Positions 1-9,197 of a stretch of DNA of 64,000 nt are shown here, piece by piece (the first letter of the stretch is position 1; every line of letters begins with the position of its first letter). The DNA lies in contig CALCLY010000036.1 of assembly GCA_937966555.1 (NCBI GenBank), forward strand, positions 122,116 to 186,115, given 5' to 3'. The DNA comes from an uncultured Clostridia bacterium (lineage in GTDB: Bacteria > Bacillota > Clostridia > UMGS1883 > UMGS1540). A model generated the notes under the pieces. That model made no database searches and had not been told where the DNA came from. It saw only the letters and a program-made list of their open reading frames with translations. Position numbers and translations under genes: made by a program.

Positions 1-186
1 CATAATTTTCAATTAAATGCTTTTTATACTCCAAAACCTTTGCTTTTGAAAGCTCGCCCCCACAAAGCCACTCTGCAAAAGCTGTTAAATCACGAATATA
101 CTTTTCCGCCGTAGCTTTTGCTTTTTCCTCGCAAATAAGATACTCTTTGAATTTTTTTATTATTTTGTCTGTAATTTTTTTCATAG
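1..186 (-). CDS. tyrosine-type site-specific recombinase/integrase, N-terminal part only (gene runs off the left edge of the window)
   Basis: Minus-strand translation from the ATG at 184-186 gives MKKITDKIIKKFKEYLICEEKAKATAEKYIRDLTAFAEWL..., the pattern of the SAM-like core-binding domain of Xer/phage integrases. No stop occurs before position 1. An RBS-like run lies upstream. Confidence 0.45.
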
Positions 187-604
187 TCCGACAACTCCTT
201 TACTACTATTATTTTACCACTAACATAGTAATATCCCGTGAAGCTGTCAATAATTTGCCGTTTATAAATAAATTTCCGGTATAAAGTTTATTGAATAAGC
301 GGCAATTTGACAAATGTACGGATTTTCAGATATAAATTAATGTCTACTGAACAAATGGTTTTGCGAAACCATTTGTGTGAAACCTTCGGTTTCACACCTA
401 AAAACAGCATAAGAATGCCGTTTTTAGGTTCACAACATTGATTTAATTACTGTTTCAAGTCAACTGTCGGGGGACGACAGCCGACTTGAAAGTGCAAGAC
501 TTTTGGCAAAAAAGCACAAAATCCTTGCACTTGAACAATTACAAAATGCCGAAAAAATTAGTATATGAGTGCATTTTGTAATTGTTCAGCAGCCATTAAA
601 TTAA

Positions 605-650
605 GCCCGAATATGCAAGCTGACATTTGCTTGTATATTCGGGCTTTTTC
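605..650. terminator. GC-rich hairpin (GCCCGAATAT...ATATTCGGGC) followed by TTTTTC; putative intrinsic terminator
   Basis: A 10-bp perfect stem is read directly, with a T-run on the + strand and an A/T-rich tail on the - strand. It lies just after the stop of the sigma-factor gene on the minus strand. Confidence 0.5.
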
Positions 651-658
651 TGTTTGTG

Positions 659-1522
659 TCACCAATTACTTTTTATATATTTTCGCAATTTTTCATATGC
701 TCGGTTTACCTCATTTTCAGCAGTCTGTGCCGAGGTTAATTCGTTTTCAATTGCTATTTCCTGATATGTTTTCGACTTTTTCGTAAATCTCAGGCATTCC
801 GGGCATAAGCCGAGATGTGAATATATCATTTCCCGCTCTCTGTAACCGAGCTTTGCAAACGCTTCTTTCAGGAGCTTGTGTAATTCAATTCTCATAAGTA
901 TGTCAAGTGGTTCGGTGGTATAATCGGTAGTTACATCATCCTGTGTGTCATCATCTTCATCGGCATATTTTCTGTAAAAATCAACAATGTTTGTACTCTC
1001 AAGTCCTGCCGTAATAATTTCCGACACATATTGTTCCGAACGCTTGACTTCTTCTGTAATTTTAGATATTGCTTCATTACTGCTGCCGTACCGATAATAC
1101 AAATGCATTATTTTTCGTAAATTTCTGTATGTGGTTTGGCTGCTGCCCGAAAACCCGGTACGCATTGTGCGTATGTAATTATGCACCTCGTTCCACATTA
1201 TACGGACTTTATAGGTTATGAATTGCCCGTCTTTCGATTTATTATAGCTTTTTAGTGCTTTGTATATTCCGCTAACGCATTCCTGCTTTATATCCGCAAA
1301 ATGCCCGTACATAGCATATCTTTGAACAATGTCTGTTACAGTATCATTCAAAACTGGCTCATAATAATGCAAAAACCACATAAGATATTTTTCATCGTTT
1401 TCCGCAAAATATAAATCTATGTATTCCTGAAAATCATCTTTTTTCGGCGGTGCCGGACTCAAACGATAAATATATAGCTCTTTCTCCCATTCCTTCACGG
1501 CACTCACCTCTCTTTCAGCCAT
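659..1522 (-). CDS. sigma-70 family RNA polymerase sigma factor (mobile-element-type)
   Basis: 287-aa ORF. The C-terminal region has HTH character like sigma region 4 (EREMIYSHLGL...TYQEIAIENELTSAQTAENEVNRAYEKLRKYI) and the N-terminal region resembles sigma region 2. It sits in a mobile-element context. Confidence 0.6.
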   Translation of the reverse strand: MAEREVSAVKEWEKELYIYRLSPAPPKKDDFQEYIDLYFAENDEKYLMWFLHYYEPVLNDTVTDIVQRYAMYGHFADIKQECVSGIYKALKSYNKSKDGQFITYKVRIMWNEVHNYIRTMRTGFSGSSQTTYRNLRKIMHLYYRYGSSNEAISKITEEVKRSEQYVSEIITAGLESTNIVDFYRKYADEDDDTQDDVTTDYTTEPLDILMRIELHKLLKEAFAKLGYREREMIYSHLGLCPECLRFTKKSKTYQEIAIENELTSAQTAENEVNRAYEKLRKYIKSNW

Positions 1523-1524
1523 TT

Positions 1525-2748
1525 TTATACCGTAACACCTTTTTCGACCGCTTTATATAAATTGTGTTTCTCCATATCGTGCTCAAAATCTTCTGCCGTG
1601 TAATTATCGTCACGGCGAAATTTATGCTTTAAGTCCTTTGCCAGTCTTTTTGCTTTTTCCGCAAATTCCTCCGATATAACTCCCTGCGACTTTTCGGCAC
1701 GGATACAACTGCACCGCCTGTTATAAATATCCGTAATTTTATCATTTTTCGCAAGCTCCTTTTGGTTGTTCTTCGCCGCAAACTTTCTGCAAGTGATTCT
1801 TTCGCCGTCGGTAAGTTCAAGCGGCGCAAAACCCATACAATACTTTTGCTTTCTCGCATTTTCCATAAGGAAGTATGTTTCGCAAATTTCGCATTGCCTC
1901 GGATAATGTCCAAACAAAAGTCCTTCAAAGAAATCAGTTAGGATAAAGCTGTAAAATGTTTCAAAATGAAGCCTTTTTACCAACGCTTTCTTATTGCCCT
2001 TTGGAACGGCAATATATTCGGTTGTTATGTTAAATTGGGCTTTATCAAAAATTTTGTTTGCAAGTGTTAAAAGCTCACTTTCGTTGTAATGCTCCAAATC
2101 ATCCAAGCTCCAAACAAACTCCGTCAAATGTTCAAATGCTTTCATCATATCGTTACCGATATTTTCGTAAAATCTCAATATCCGTATTACAAATCCGATA
2201 AATTCGTTTGCCTTTTTTGAAAGCTCCGCATATCCGTCGGGTAGTATGTCAAGCAGCATTGCACCCTCATCTTGCGTGGATACCTTTGCTCTTTGCCTAT
2301 AATAGTCCAATATGAAGTCTGCATTTTCCTTTGTAAAGGTTTCGGATATTGTTTTTCTCTCGCTTTCAATATCCAGATAGCAGAACGGACTGAAATTTGG
2401 GAGTACATCAAGAATATACAAAATCTCTTTTCCAGTCCTTACAAATTCATAATCGTTTATATAACCTCTTTCCATTGAGGAGGACAATATGTGATTGTCA
2501 AAGGTCATTGCGGCTATCCTTGCACCGTTGTCATTTTCCTCATATCGGTTAAGAAAATCGACGGCAAAACTGCCGACAGTAAATTTATTTTTGTCTATGA
2601 AGGTAAACTTATCTCTGTAATCAACTGTGAAAAACTCTATTTTATCCGGCATATCGAACACCTCAAAACTTTTCAATTTTTTTTGCAAACTTTTATTGCG
2701 AAATATATTTCGTATATCTATTATACCATAACTTTGCTTGTATTTCAA
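1525..2748 (-). CDS. hypothetical protein with a C-terminal CxxC...YC...C motif (DUF6076-like by recollection); partner of the sigma factor
   Basis: 407-aa ORF with a 2-nt gap to the sigma gene, so probably co-transcribed. The Cys motif CEICETYF...YCMGF...CRKF recurs in the truncated paralog at 14295-15005. Confidence 0.4.
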   Translation of the reverse strand: MKYKQSYGIIDIRNIFRNKSLQKKLKSFEVFDMPDKIEFFTVDYRDKFTFIDKNKFTVGSFAVDFLNRYEENDNGARIAAMTFDNHILSSSMERGYINDYEFVRTGKEILYILDVLPNFSPFCYLDIESERKTISETFTKENADFILDYYRQRAKVSTQDEGAMLLDILPDGYAELSKKANEFIGFVIRILRFYENIGNDMMKAFEHLTEFVWSLDDLEHYNESELLTLANKIFDKAQFNITTEYIAVPKGNKKALVKRLHFETFYSFILTDFFEGLLFGHYPRQCEICETYFLMENARKQKYCMGFAPLELTDGERITCRKFAAKNNQKELAKNDKITDIYNRRCSCIRAEKSQGVISEEFAEKAKRLAKDLKHKFRRDDNYTAEDFEHDMEKHNLYKAVEKGVTV

Positions 2749-2940
2749 GGGGTTTAGCTGATTGCGGTTTTTATTTTAATACACTTTCGCAATACTTACC
2801 TTTTTGTAAAATCCCTTACATTCTATATATCGGAAGGGGACAAGACAAGCCCTTTCAAATCTTTGAAATGAGATGTGATGCCTATGATTGTATCAATCTG
2901 ACACGAACAATACTAATATGAAAAACGGAGGAATTTAATT

Positions 2941-3237
2941 ATGGGAGCTTATTCAAAAAGGCAGTTTGCAAGGTCAGATTTTGACAGAACGGGATACGAA
3001 TTTAACGAAACAGAGGGAGTGTTTTCCGGAACACTCGTATGTAAAGCTTGGGGTAAAAAGTGTAACATTGTTTGTTATGCGGATTTAGATGACGGGAGAA
3101 AAATAATTTGCACCGCTTATCAAAAGCCGGGCAACTATTTTGGACTACCTGATATCGAGGTCGGTACAAGAATAATTCTTGAGTTCAAAAGAAGCAAACA
3201 AGGTAAAATGCGACTCAATTCAGTACGGGCAGAATAA
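2941..3237 (+). CDS. hypothetical small protein (98 aa)
   Basis: Clean ORF with RBS AACGGAGGAA. It is divergent from the sigma operon. No family was recognised. Confidence 0.3.
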   Translation: MGAYSKRQFARSDFDRTGYEFNETEGVFSGTLVCKAWGKKCNIVCYADLDDGRKIICTAYQKPGNYFGLPDIEVGTRIILEFKRSKQGKMRLNSVRAE

Positions 3238-3376
3238 CTGTCCTGTACTGTAACGAGCAGGGAGCTTGTATTGCACAAACTCCGAAAACGGCGAGAGTTC
3301 TTAATGAACTCCCGCCGATGATTTTAGGGAGAACCCTAATACCCCGAACAAAATTTTAATAGCAGGAGATGATTTT

Positions 3377-3664
3377 ATGAATGAGAGAACAACCGCAATT
3401 TATGTGCGTGTTACCGAAAAAGAAAAATCACGCATAAAACAAAAAGCAGACAAGTGCGGTTTATCGCAATCGGAGTATTTAAGAAAGAGAGCTTTGGGAT
3501 ATTCGCCCAAAGCTCTTTTGCCGGAAAGCTTTTATGAATTTTCGAGTAAGCTCGGCGAAGTGTATGAGCAAATCAACAAGGAATATAACACAGAAGTTGA
3601 GGAAAAACTTTTATCCCTGCTTGATGAAATTCAGCTAAAGCTACTGACACCCGAAAACGAATAA
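3377..3664 (+). CDS. mobC: MobC-family plasmid mobilization relaxosome accessory protein (ribbon-helix-helix)
   Basis: 95 aa. The segment TAIYVRVTEKEKSRIKQKADKCGLSQSEYLRKRALG is typical of MobC RHH proteins. It lies immediately upstream of the relaxase. Confidence 0.6.
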   Translation: MNERTTAIYVRVTEKEKSRIKQKADKCGLSQSEYLRKRALGYSPKALLPESFYEFSSKLGEVYEQINKEYNTEVEEKLLSLLDEIQLKLLTPENE

Positions 3665-3671
3665 AGGAGGT

Positions 3672-5048
3672 ATGCGTGACGTGGCTACAACAGGATTTTG
3701 GCCCGTTAAGGGCAGTTTGAAAGATGTTGTAAATTATGCGGATAACCCCGATAAAACCACCAATTCGAAATACCTCAATAAAGATTTGGCAAACGCACTT
3801 AAATATGTCGAAAACGATAGTAAAACGGATATGAAAATGTTTGTAAGCGGAATCAACTGCCCGACGGTTAGGGCTTATGAACAGATGATGGTAACAAAAC
3901 GCCGTTACGGAAAACTTGGTGGAAATGTTGCATATCACGGTTATCAAAGCTTTAAATCAGGCGAAGTCACTCCCAAAGAAGCACATAAAATCGGCATTGA
4001 AACCGCAAAGCGTATGTGGGGCGGAAACTACGAAATCGTTGTCACAACGCACCTCAATACCGAAAATATCCATAATCATTTTGTAGTCAATTCAGTATCG
4101 TTTAAGACGGGTCGGAAATTTGAAAATCATATTTCAGATCATATCCGTCTGCGTGAAATTTCTGACGTGGTATGCAAGGAATTTAACAAATCGGTAATTG
4201 AAAACGCAAAATTTTATAACAGCGATAAAAAATCATATTGGATACACAAGCAAGGCAAGAAAACACATCGGGATATTTTGCGTGACGATGTGGATTTTGC
4301 GGTTAAAACCTCCGGAAATCTTATGGAATTTGAGCGGATAATGATAAATATGGGATATTCGTTTAATCGAAATATTATGTCGGCACACCCGTCTGTTATT
4401 GCTAAAGGCTGGCAAAGACCTGTTCGCATTGATAGCTTGGGAGAAGAATATTCAACCGAAGGGCTTGTAAAACGAATTGCGGATAACAAGATTTTTGTAA
4501 GCTCTTTCGCCAAAAGCGAGCGAGTACACAAAACAAAGCCAAAGCATACGCCGTTTGCGGAAATGGAATATCAACTGCGGCGGGTAAAATATATGGACAC
4601 ATTAGAGGCTATGTTTTATCTACTCTTAGAGTTGTTAAAACCGTCAAATCCTACCACTAATTACAAGCCACCTTTATCTCCGTTTATGCGTGAGGAAATA
4701 AGAAAGTTTGAACAATACCAAAAGCAGTTCAAGCTCTTGCACGATGAAAAAATCAACACCGTGTCGGAGCTTGAATTTTTTATATCCGACCTATCCAAAC
4801 AGATTAACGATTTGGAAAAGGAACGCTCAAATGCCGATAACAAACGCAGACGAGCCACAACAGATGCGGACAAGAAAATGTATAAGTCTGAAATCAGGGA
4901 TATATCCGCAAAGATAAAACCTATAAGAGAAAAACTGAAAATTGCCAAATCCACATTAGAGTCTGTGCCAAAAGTACAAGAACTGCTTAATATTGAGCGA
5001 GATATGGAAAACAAAATTTTACACAAAGAGAGGAGCAAAATACGATGA
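3672..5048 (+). CDS. relaxase/mobilization nuclease (MobA/VirD2 family)
   Basis: 458 aa. Histidine-triad motif HLNTENIHNHFVVN, an N-terminal relaxase-domain pattern and a C-terminal coiled-coil tail. Its end overlaps the next gene by 4 nt. Confidence 0.75.
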   Translation: MRDVATTGFWPVKGSLKDVVNYADNPDKTTNSKYLNKDLANALKYVENDSKTDMKMFVSGINCPTVRAYEQMMVTKRRYGKLGGNVAYHGYQSFKSGEVTPKEAHKIGIETAKRMWGGNYEIVVTTHLNTENIHNHFVVNSVSFKTGRKFENHISDHIRLREISDVVCKEFNKSVIENAKFYNSDKKSYWIHKQGKKTHRDILRDDVDFAVKTSGNLMEFERIMINMGYSFNRNIMSAHPSVIAKGWQRPVRIDSLGEEYSTEGLVKRIADNKIFVSSFAKSERVHKTKPKHTPFAEMEYQLRRVKYMDTLEAMFYLLLELLKPSNPTTNYKPPLSPFMREEIRKFEQYQKQFKLLHDEKINTVSELEFFISDLSKQINDLEKERSNADNKRRRATTDADKKMYKSEIRDISAKIKPIREKLKIAKSTLESVPKVQELLNIERDMENKILHKERSKIR

Positions 5049-5890
5049 AAAATATTACATATATAGAAATTGAAAAATTGAAACCATTTGAAAATCATCC
5101 TTATAAGGTTGTGGAGAATGAAGAAATGAACAATTTAACGCAAAGCATTAAAGAAAACGGAATTTTATCACCGTTTATTGTGCGACCTATCGAAAATGGC
5201 GAATATGAAATAGTATCGGGGCATCGCAGACTATTTGCAGGCAAACAGGCAGGACTTACGAAAATTCCGGCAATAGTATGTGAAATGGATAGAGATACTG
5301 CCGCTATTACATTGGTTGACAGCAATCTTCATAGAGAAAATATTTTACCAAGCGAAAAAGCATTCGCATATAAGCTGAAGGCAGAGGCTTTATCTCATCA
5401 AGGCAAACGCACAGATTTAACTTTGGAGCAAGTTGCACCGAAGTTAAGTACGGAAACAATCGGCGAAAGCGAAAATATAAGTAAGGATACCGTAAAGCGA
5501 TACATACGCTTGACCAAGCTTTTGCCAAAATTGTTGGAACTCGTTGATGAGGCGCGAATTGCTTTCACTCCGGCAGTCGAGCTTTCCTATCTAAATGACA
5601 TCGAGCAACAGGATTTAATTGAAATAATCGAAAGCGAGGATTGCACTCCGTCATTATCACAGGCGGTGCGTATGAAAAAGTTAAGTCAACAAGGACTACT
5701 TACAGACGATAAAATCCTTGAAATTATGTCGGAGGAAAAGGCAAATCAAAAGGAACGAATAAAAATTCCAACAGAGCGAGTGCGAAAATTCTTTCCCCAA
5801 AGTTACAGCACATCGCAAATTGAAGAAGCAATTATTAAACTGTGCGAAACGCATTATCGCAAAAAACAGCGGCAGCAACAAGAAAGGTAA
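5045..5890 (+). CDS. ParB/Srx N-terminal domain protein (ParB-like nuclease/partition protein)
   Basis: Motifs IEIEKLKPFENHPYKV ... YEIVSGHRRLFAGKQAGL are typical of the ParB N-terminal domain. Confidence 0.75.
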   Translation: MKNITYIEIEKLKPFENHPYKVVENEEMNNLTQSIKENGILSPFIVRPIENGEYEIVSGHRRLFAGKQAGLTKIPAIVCEMDRDTAAITLVDSNLHRENILPSEKAFAYKLKAEALSHQGKRTDLTLEQVAPKLSTETIGESENISKDTVKRYIRLTKLLPKLLELVDEARIAFTPAVELSYLNDIEQQDLIEIIESEDCTPSLSQAVRMKKLSQQGLLTDDKILEIMSEEKANQKERIKIPTERVRKFFPQSYSTSQIEEAIIKLCETHYRKKQRQQQER

Positions 5891-5902
5891 GGTGAGTTTT
5901 AT

Positions 5903-6085
5903 ATGACAAAACAAGCTAACAGTCTATACGAGTTTTTTTCTCCGACTTTAGATAAGGACAATTTGGATTTTGAATTAAAAATCGGCGGTACAACCTACGA
6001 GATATGCACTCGCTTTAATATCAATGGCAAACAAAGCATATTGGAGCAGTTCAAAAACTTGATTTTATCAGAAAATTTGATTTAA
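5903..6085 (+). CDS. small conserved hypothetical (60 aa), possibly a TnpW-type accessory protein of TnpX-like transposons
   Basis: A short ORF sits between the ParB-like gene and the serine recombinase. The motif IGGTTYEI resembles the IGNTTY of transposon-encoded TnpW proteins. This is recollection only. Confidence 0.3.
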   Translation: MTKQANSLYEFFSPTLDKDNLDFELKIGGTTYEICTRFNINGKQSILEQFKNLILSENLI

Positions 6086-6168
6086 TACATTCGACAATTT
6101 GTGTCGGGCATAGTAAAATAGCAATGAAGCCTTTGCTATGCCCGGTTGTCGGAAAGGAGAAACGAATT

Positions 6169-7860
6169 ATGACAACTCAAAATATTATAGGGCAAACAAC
6201 AGAAGAAATAACTGCATTGTACGGAAGATTATCACAAGATGACGGTTTGGAGGGCGAAAGCAACAGCATATTCAATCAAAAAGAAATTCTGATGAAATAT
6301 GCAAAAGAGCACAATCTGAAAAATCTGAGATTTTTTATTGATGACGGAATTTCAGGTACAACCTTTGAGCGAAGCGGCTTTAAGGAAATGCAAGCACTTG
6401 CAGAAGCCGGAATTGTAAAAACTATTGTGGTAAAAGATTTATCCCGTTTCGGCAGAAACTACATTGAAGTCGGCGAATATCTTGAAATCAAATATCCCAC
6501 TCTCGGCGTAAGGTTTATATCTATTCAGGAAAATGTTGACACAATGCAAAACACAGGTGCGGAAATGATGCCGTTTCATAATATATTTAATGAATGGTAC
6601 GCCGCACAGACAAGCAAGAAAATTCGTGCCGTATGGCAGATGAAAGCCTCAAGCGGAAAGCGTGTCGGCTCATCTGTCCCTTACGGATATATGAAATCTC
6701 CCGAAGATAAGGAAAAATGGATAATTGATGAAGAAGCCGCAGAGGTTGTCAGAAAGATATTTTCACTATCTCTCTCCGGGCGAGGTATTTCACAAATCGC
6801 CCGTCAATTAGAGCAAGAAAAAATACTTATTCCTACGGCATATAAAATAGAAAAAGGATTATCCGCATCGCACAAGTATCCCGAAAAACCCTATTATTGG
6901 GATTCATCAACCGTTGCAGGAATAATTGATAACAGACAGTATACGGGATGTACTGTAAATTTCAAAACAACAACAGTAAGCTACAAAGTTCATAGGGTTA
7001 TACGTAAATCCGAAGATGAGCAGCAAATAATTCCTAACACACAAGAACCGATTATAGATGAGGACTTGTGGTTACGAGTTCAAGAGCTTCGTCAGCATAA
7101 GAGAAGACCGACATCTACGGGAAGGACAAGCCTGTTTTCGGGTTTGGTTTATTGCCCCGATTGCGGAGCAAAATTGCATTTTGCCGCCGCTAAGAGTATG
7201 ACAAGACAGCAGGAGCATTTCAGATGTTCAAATTACAAGAGCGGTCGGGGTGAATGTCAAATACATTTCATAAGAGATGTAGTTCTTGAAAAAATAGTAT
7301 TTGAAGCCATAAGCAACTTATCTGATTTTGTCAGATGTTATGAATCGGTATTTTTGTACTTGATGGCAACAAAAAATCAAACGTCAAGAAAAAGTAAGCT
7401 TCAAAAACTGAAAAGCAAGGTGGAAAACGAAAAAAGACGAATATCCGAGCTTGATGTGATTATTTCACGCATTTACGAGGACAATATTTTAGGCAAGATA
7501 AGCGATGAAAGATATTCCCGAATGTCTGTTATGTACGAAAACGAGCAAAAAGAGCTTATAAAAACAGTTTCCGCCGAAGAAAAAGAATTGGAAACAGCCG
7601 AGCAAAAAAATGTTGATATGCGGCTGCTGCTAAAAACGCTGCGAGAATTGACCGATTTTAAGGAGCTTACTCCGACAATCGTTAATTCTTTGATACAACG
7701 GATAGAAGTTCACAACAACGATAAGTATGATGGTCATTGCCACGTAAAAGTCGATATTTACTTTACTGCCGTGGGAATGATTGATGTTCCTGATGAAAAA
7801 GAAATATTGGATATAATAAATAAAATCCAAGATAATCCACAGATGTACAAGGTTGGATAA
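6169..7860 (+). CDS. large serine recombinase (TnpX/TndX-like; resolvase N-domain, recombinase domain, zinc ribbon, C-terminal coiled coil)
   Basis: Catalytic motif YGRLSQDD near the N-terminus. Also DDGISGTTFERSGF, the zinc ribbon CPDCGAKLH...CSNYKSGRGEC, and a long C-terminal coiled coil. The RBS AAAGGAG lies 8 nt before the ATG at 6169; the longer ORF from 6124 is less likely. Confidence 0.85.
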   Translation: MTTQNIIGQTTEEITALYGRLSQDDGLEGESNSIFNQKEILMKYAKEHNLKNLRFFIDDGISGTTFERSGFKEMQALAEAGIVKTIVVKDLSRFGRNYIEVGEYLEIKYPTLGVRFISIQENVDTMQNTGAEMMPFHNIFNEWYAAQTSKKIRAVWQMKASSGKRVGSSVPYGYMKSPEDKEKWIIDEEAAEVVRKIFSLSLSGRGISQIARQLEQEKILIPTAYKIEKGLSASHKYPEKPYYWDSSTVAGIIDNRQYTGCTVNFKTTTVSYKVHRVIRKSEDEQQIIPNTQEPIIDEDLWLRVQELRQHKRRPTSTGRTSLFSGLVYCPDCGAKLHFAAAKSMTRQQEHFRCSNYKSGRGECQIHFIRDVVLEKIVFEAISNLSDFVRCYESVFLYLMATKNQTSRKSKLQKLKSKVENEKRRISELDVIISRIYEDNILGKISDERYSRMSVMYENEQKELIKTVSAEEKELETAEQKNVDMRLLLKTLRELTDFKELTPTIVNSLIQRIEVHNNDKYDGHCHVKVDIYFTAVGMIDVPDEKEILDIINKIQDNPQMYKVG

Positions 7861-7976
7861 CAAGGAAAATGGAGTAGCTCCTTGATTTTGGAACTACTCC
7901 ATAAAAAACTTCCTTATCTGGCGTTGGCAAACGTCAACCGACTTTTTAAACAGCCCCTTTTCGTTTTTTTTATTTA

Positions 7977-9179
7977 TTATTTATTTACTATTCTTAAAGT
8001 TTCCCTTGCTATGGCAAGCTCTTCGTTTGTGGGAAGGAGGAGAACTTTAACTTTCGAATCGGGTGCGGAAATTACGCGTCTTTCGCCTTTTACGTTATTT
8101 GCTTCGTCATCGATTTTAACACCGAGGTATCCGAGATAATCATCGCAAATAAGTTTGCGTGCTTTTATATCGTTTTCGCCGACACCTGCCGTAAATGCGA
8201 TAGCGTCAACACCATTCATTGCAGCGGCATATGCGCCGATGTATTTTGCAACTCTGTATCTGAAAGCTTCAAGAGCCGCTTCTGCCTGATGGTTACCAGC
8301 TGCCGCAGCTTTGTCAACATCGCGGAAGTCGGAAGAAATGCCGCCGCTCATGCCCAGGATACCGGACTTTTTGTTGAGTATATTGAGCATTTCGTTAATG
8401 TCGATTCCTTCATGATTGCAGATAAACTGAAGCGCAGCGGGGTCAATGTCGCCGGAGCGAGTTCCCATGATAAGTCCCTCCAAAGGAGTGAGACCCATTG
8501 ATGTGTCAACACATTTGCCGCCTATGGAAGCAGATATGCTCGCGCCGTTTCCGAGATGGCATACGATAACTTTAGCTTTGTCGGGATCAAGGTTTGCCAT
8601 TTTTATAGCTTCGCCCGAAACAAACATATGGCTTGTGCCATGGAAGCCATAGCGGCGGAGCTTGTATTTTTTATAATAATTATAGGGGATAGCATAAAGA
8701 TATGCTTTTTCTTCCATTGACATGCCGAACGCCGTGTCAAATACAGCAACGTTGGGCTTACCCGGCATTGCTGCTTCGCATGCTTCAATACCTATAAGGT
8801 TTGCGGGGTTGTGAAGCGGTCCCAAATCAAAACACTCACGGATGACTTTTTTAACGTCCTCGTCAACCTGAATTGATTCCGTATATGTATTTCCGCCGTG
8901 GAGTACACGGTGACCGATGGCATAAATATCGGAAGTGTCTGCGATAACACCGTGCTCTTTATCCGTGAGCGCATCAAGAACCAATTTTATTGCATCTTTG
9001 TGCGAGGGCATGGGTGTTTCGGTTTCGTATTTGTCCTTGCCTGTGGGCTTATGCGTGAGTTTCGAGCCGTTTATGCCGATTCTTTCGCAAAGACCTTTTG
9101 CAAGAACCTGTTCGCTTTCGCTGTCAATAAGCTGATACTTAAGCGAAGAACTTCCGCAGTTTACTATGAATATTTTCAT
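7977..9179 (-). CDS. ackA: acetate kinase
   Basis: MKIFIVNCGSSSLKYQLID... gives full-length AckA homology. The ATG at 9179 is preceded by AAGGAG. The tool ORF starts 15 nt upstream at a TTG. Confidence 0.9.
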   Translation of the reverse strand: MKIFIVNCGSSSLKYQLIDSESEQVLAKGLCERIGINGSKLTHKPTGKDKYETETPMPSHKDAIKLVLDALTDKEHGVIADTSDIYAIGHRVLHGGNTYTESIQVDEDVKKVIRECFDLGPLHNPANLIGIEACEAAMPGKPNVAVFDTAFGMSMEEKAYLYAIPYNYYKKYKLRRYGFHGTSHMFVSGEAIKMANLDPDKAKVIVCHLGNGASISASIGGKCVDTSMGLTPLEGLIMGTRSGDIDPAALQFICNHEGIDINEMLNILNKKSGILGMSGGISSDFRDVDKAAAAGNHQAEAALEAFRYRVAKYIGAYAAAMNGVDAIAFTAGVGENDIKARKLICDDYLGYLGVKIDDEANNVKGERRVISAPDSKVKVLLLPTNEELAIARETLRIVNK

Positions 9180-9197
9180 GTTTTTCTCCTTCAAAAA

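Larger units (their letters stand above)
1..7932. mobile_element. integrative mobilizable element (tyrosine recombinase partial, sigma factor, MobC, relaxase, ParB-like, large serine recombinase); left end outside window, right end approximately 7.87-7.93 kb
   Basis: Gene content is contiguous. The serine recombinase is the terminal gene. The right boundary is inferred from a disrupted copy of a terminator element (see findings). Confidence 0.55.

Noticed and set aside
1629-2478. Small ORFs (1629-1928, 2187-2411, 2272-2478) within or antisense to ORF 1525-2748
   Set aside because: They are nested in a longer ORF with a coupled downstream gene, and show no independent signals.
7869-7902. Hairpin ATGGAGTAG-16nt-CTACTCCAT after the serine recombinase gene as an intrinsic terminator
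   Set aside because: No U-tract follows on either strand and the loop is long. It is kept only as an inverted repeat possibly related to the element end.
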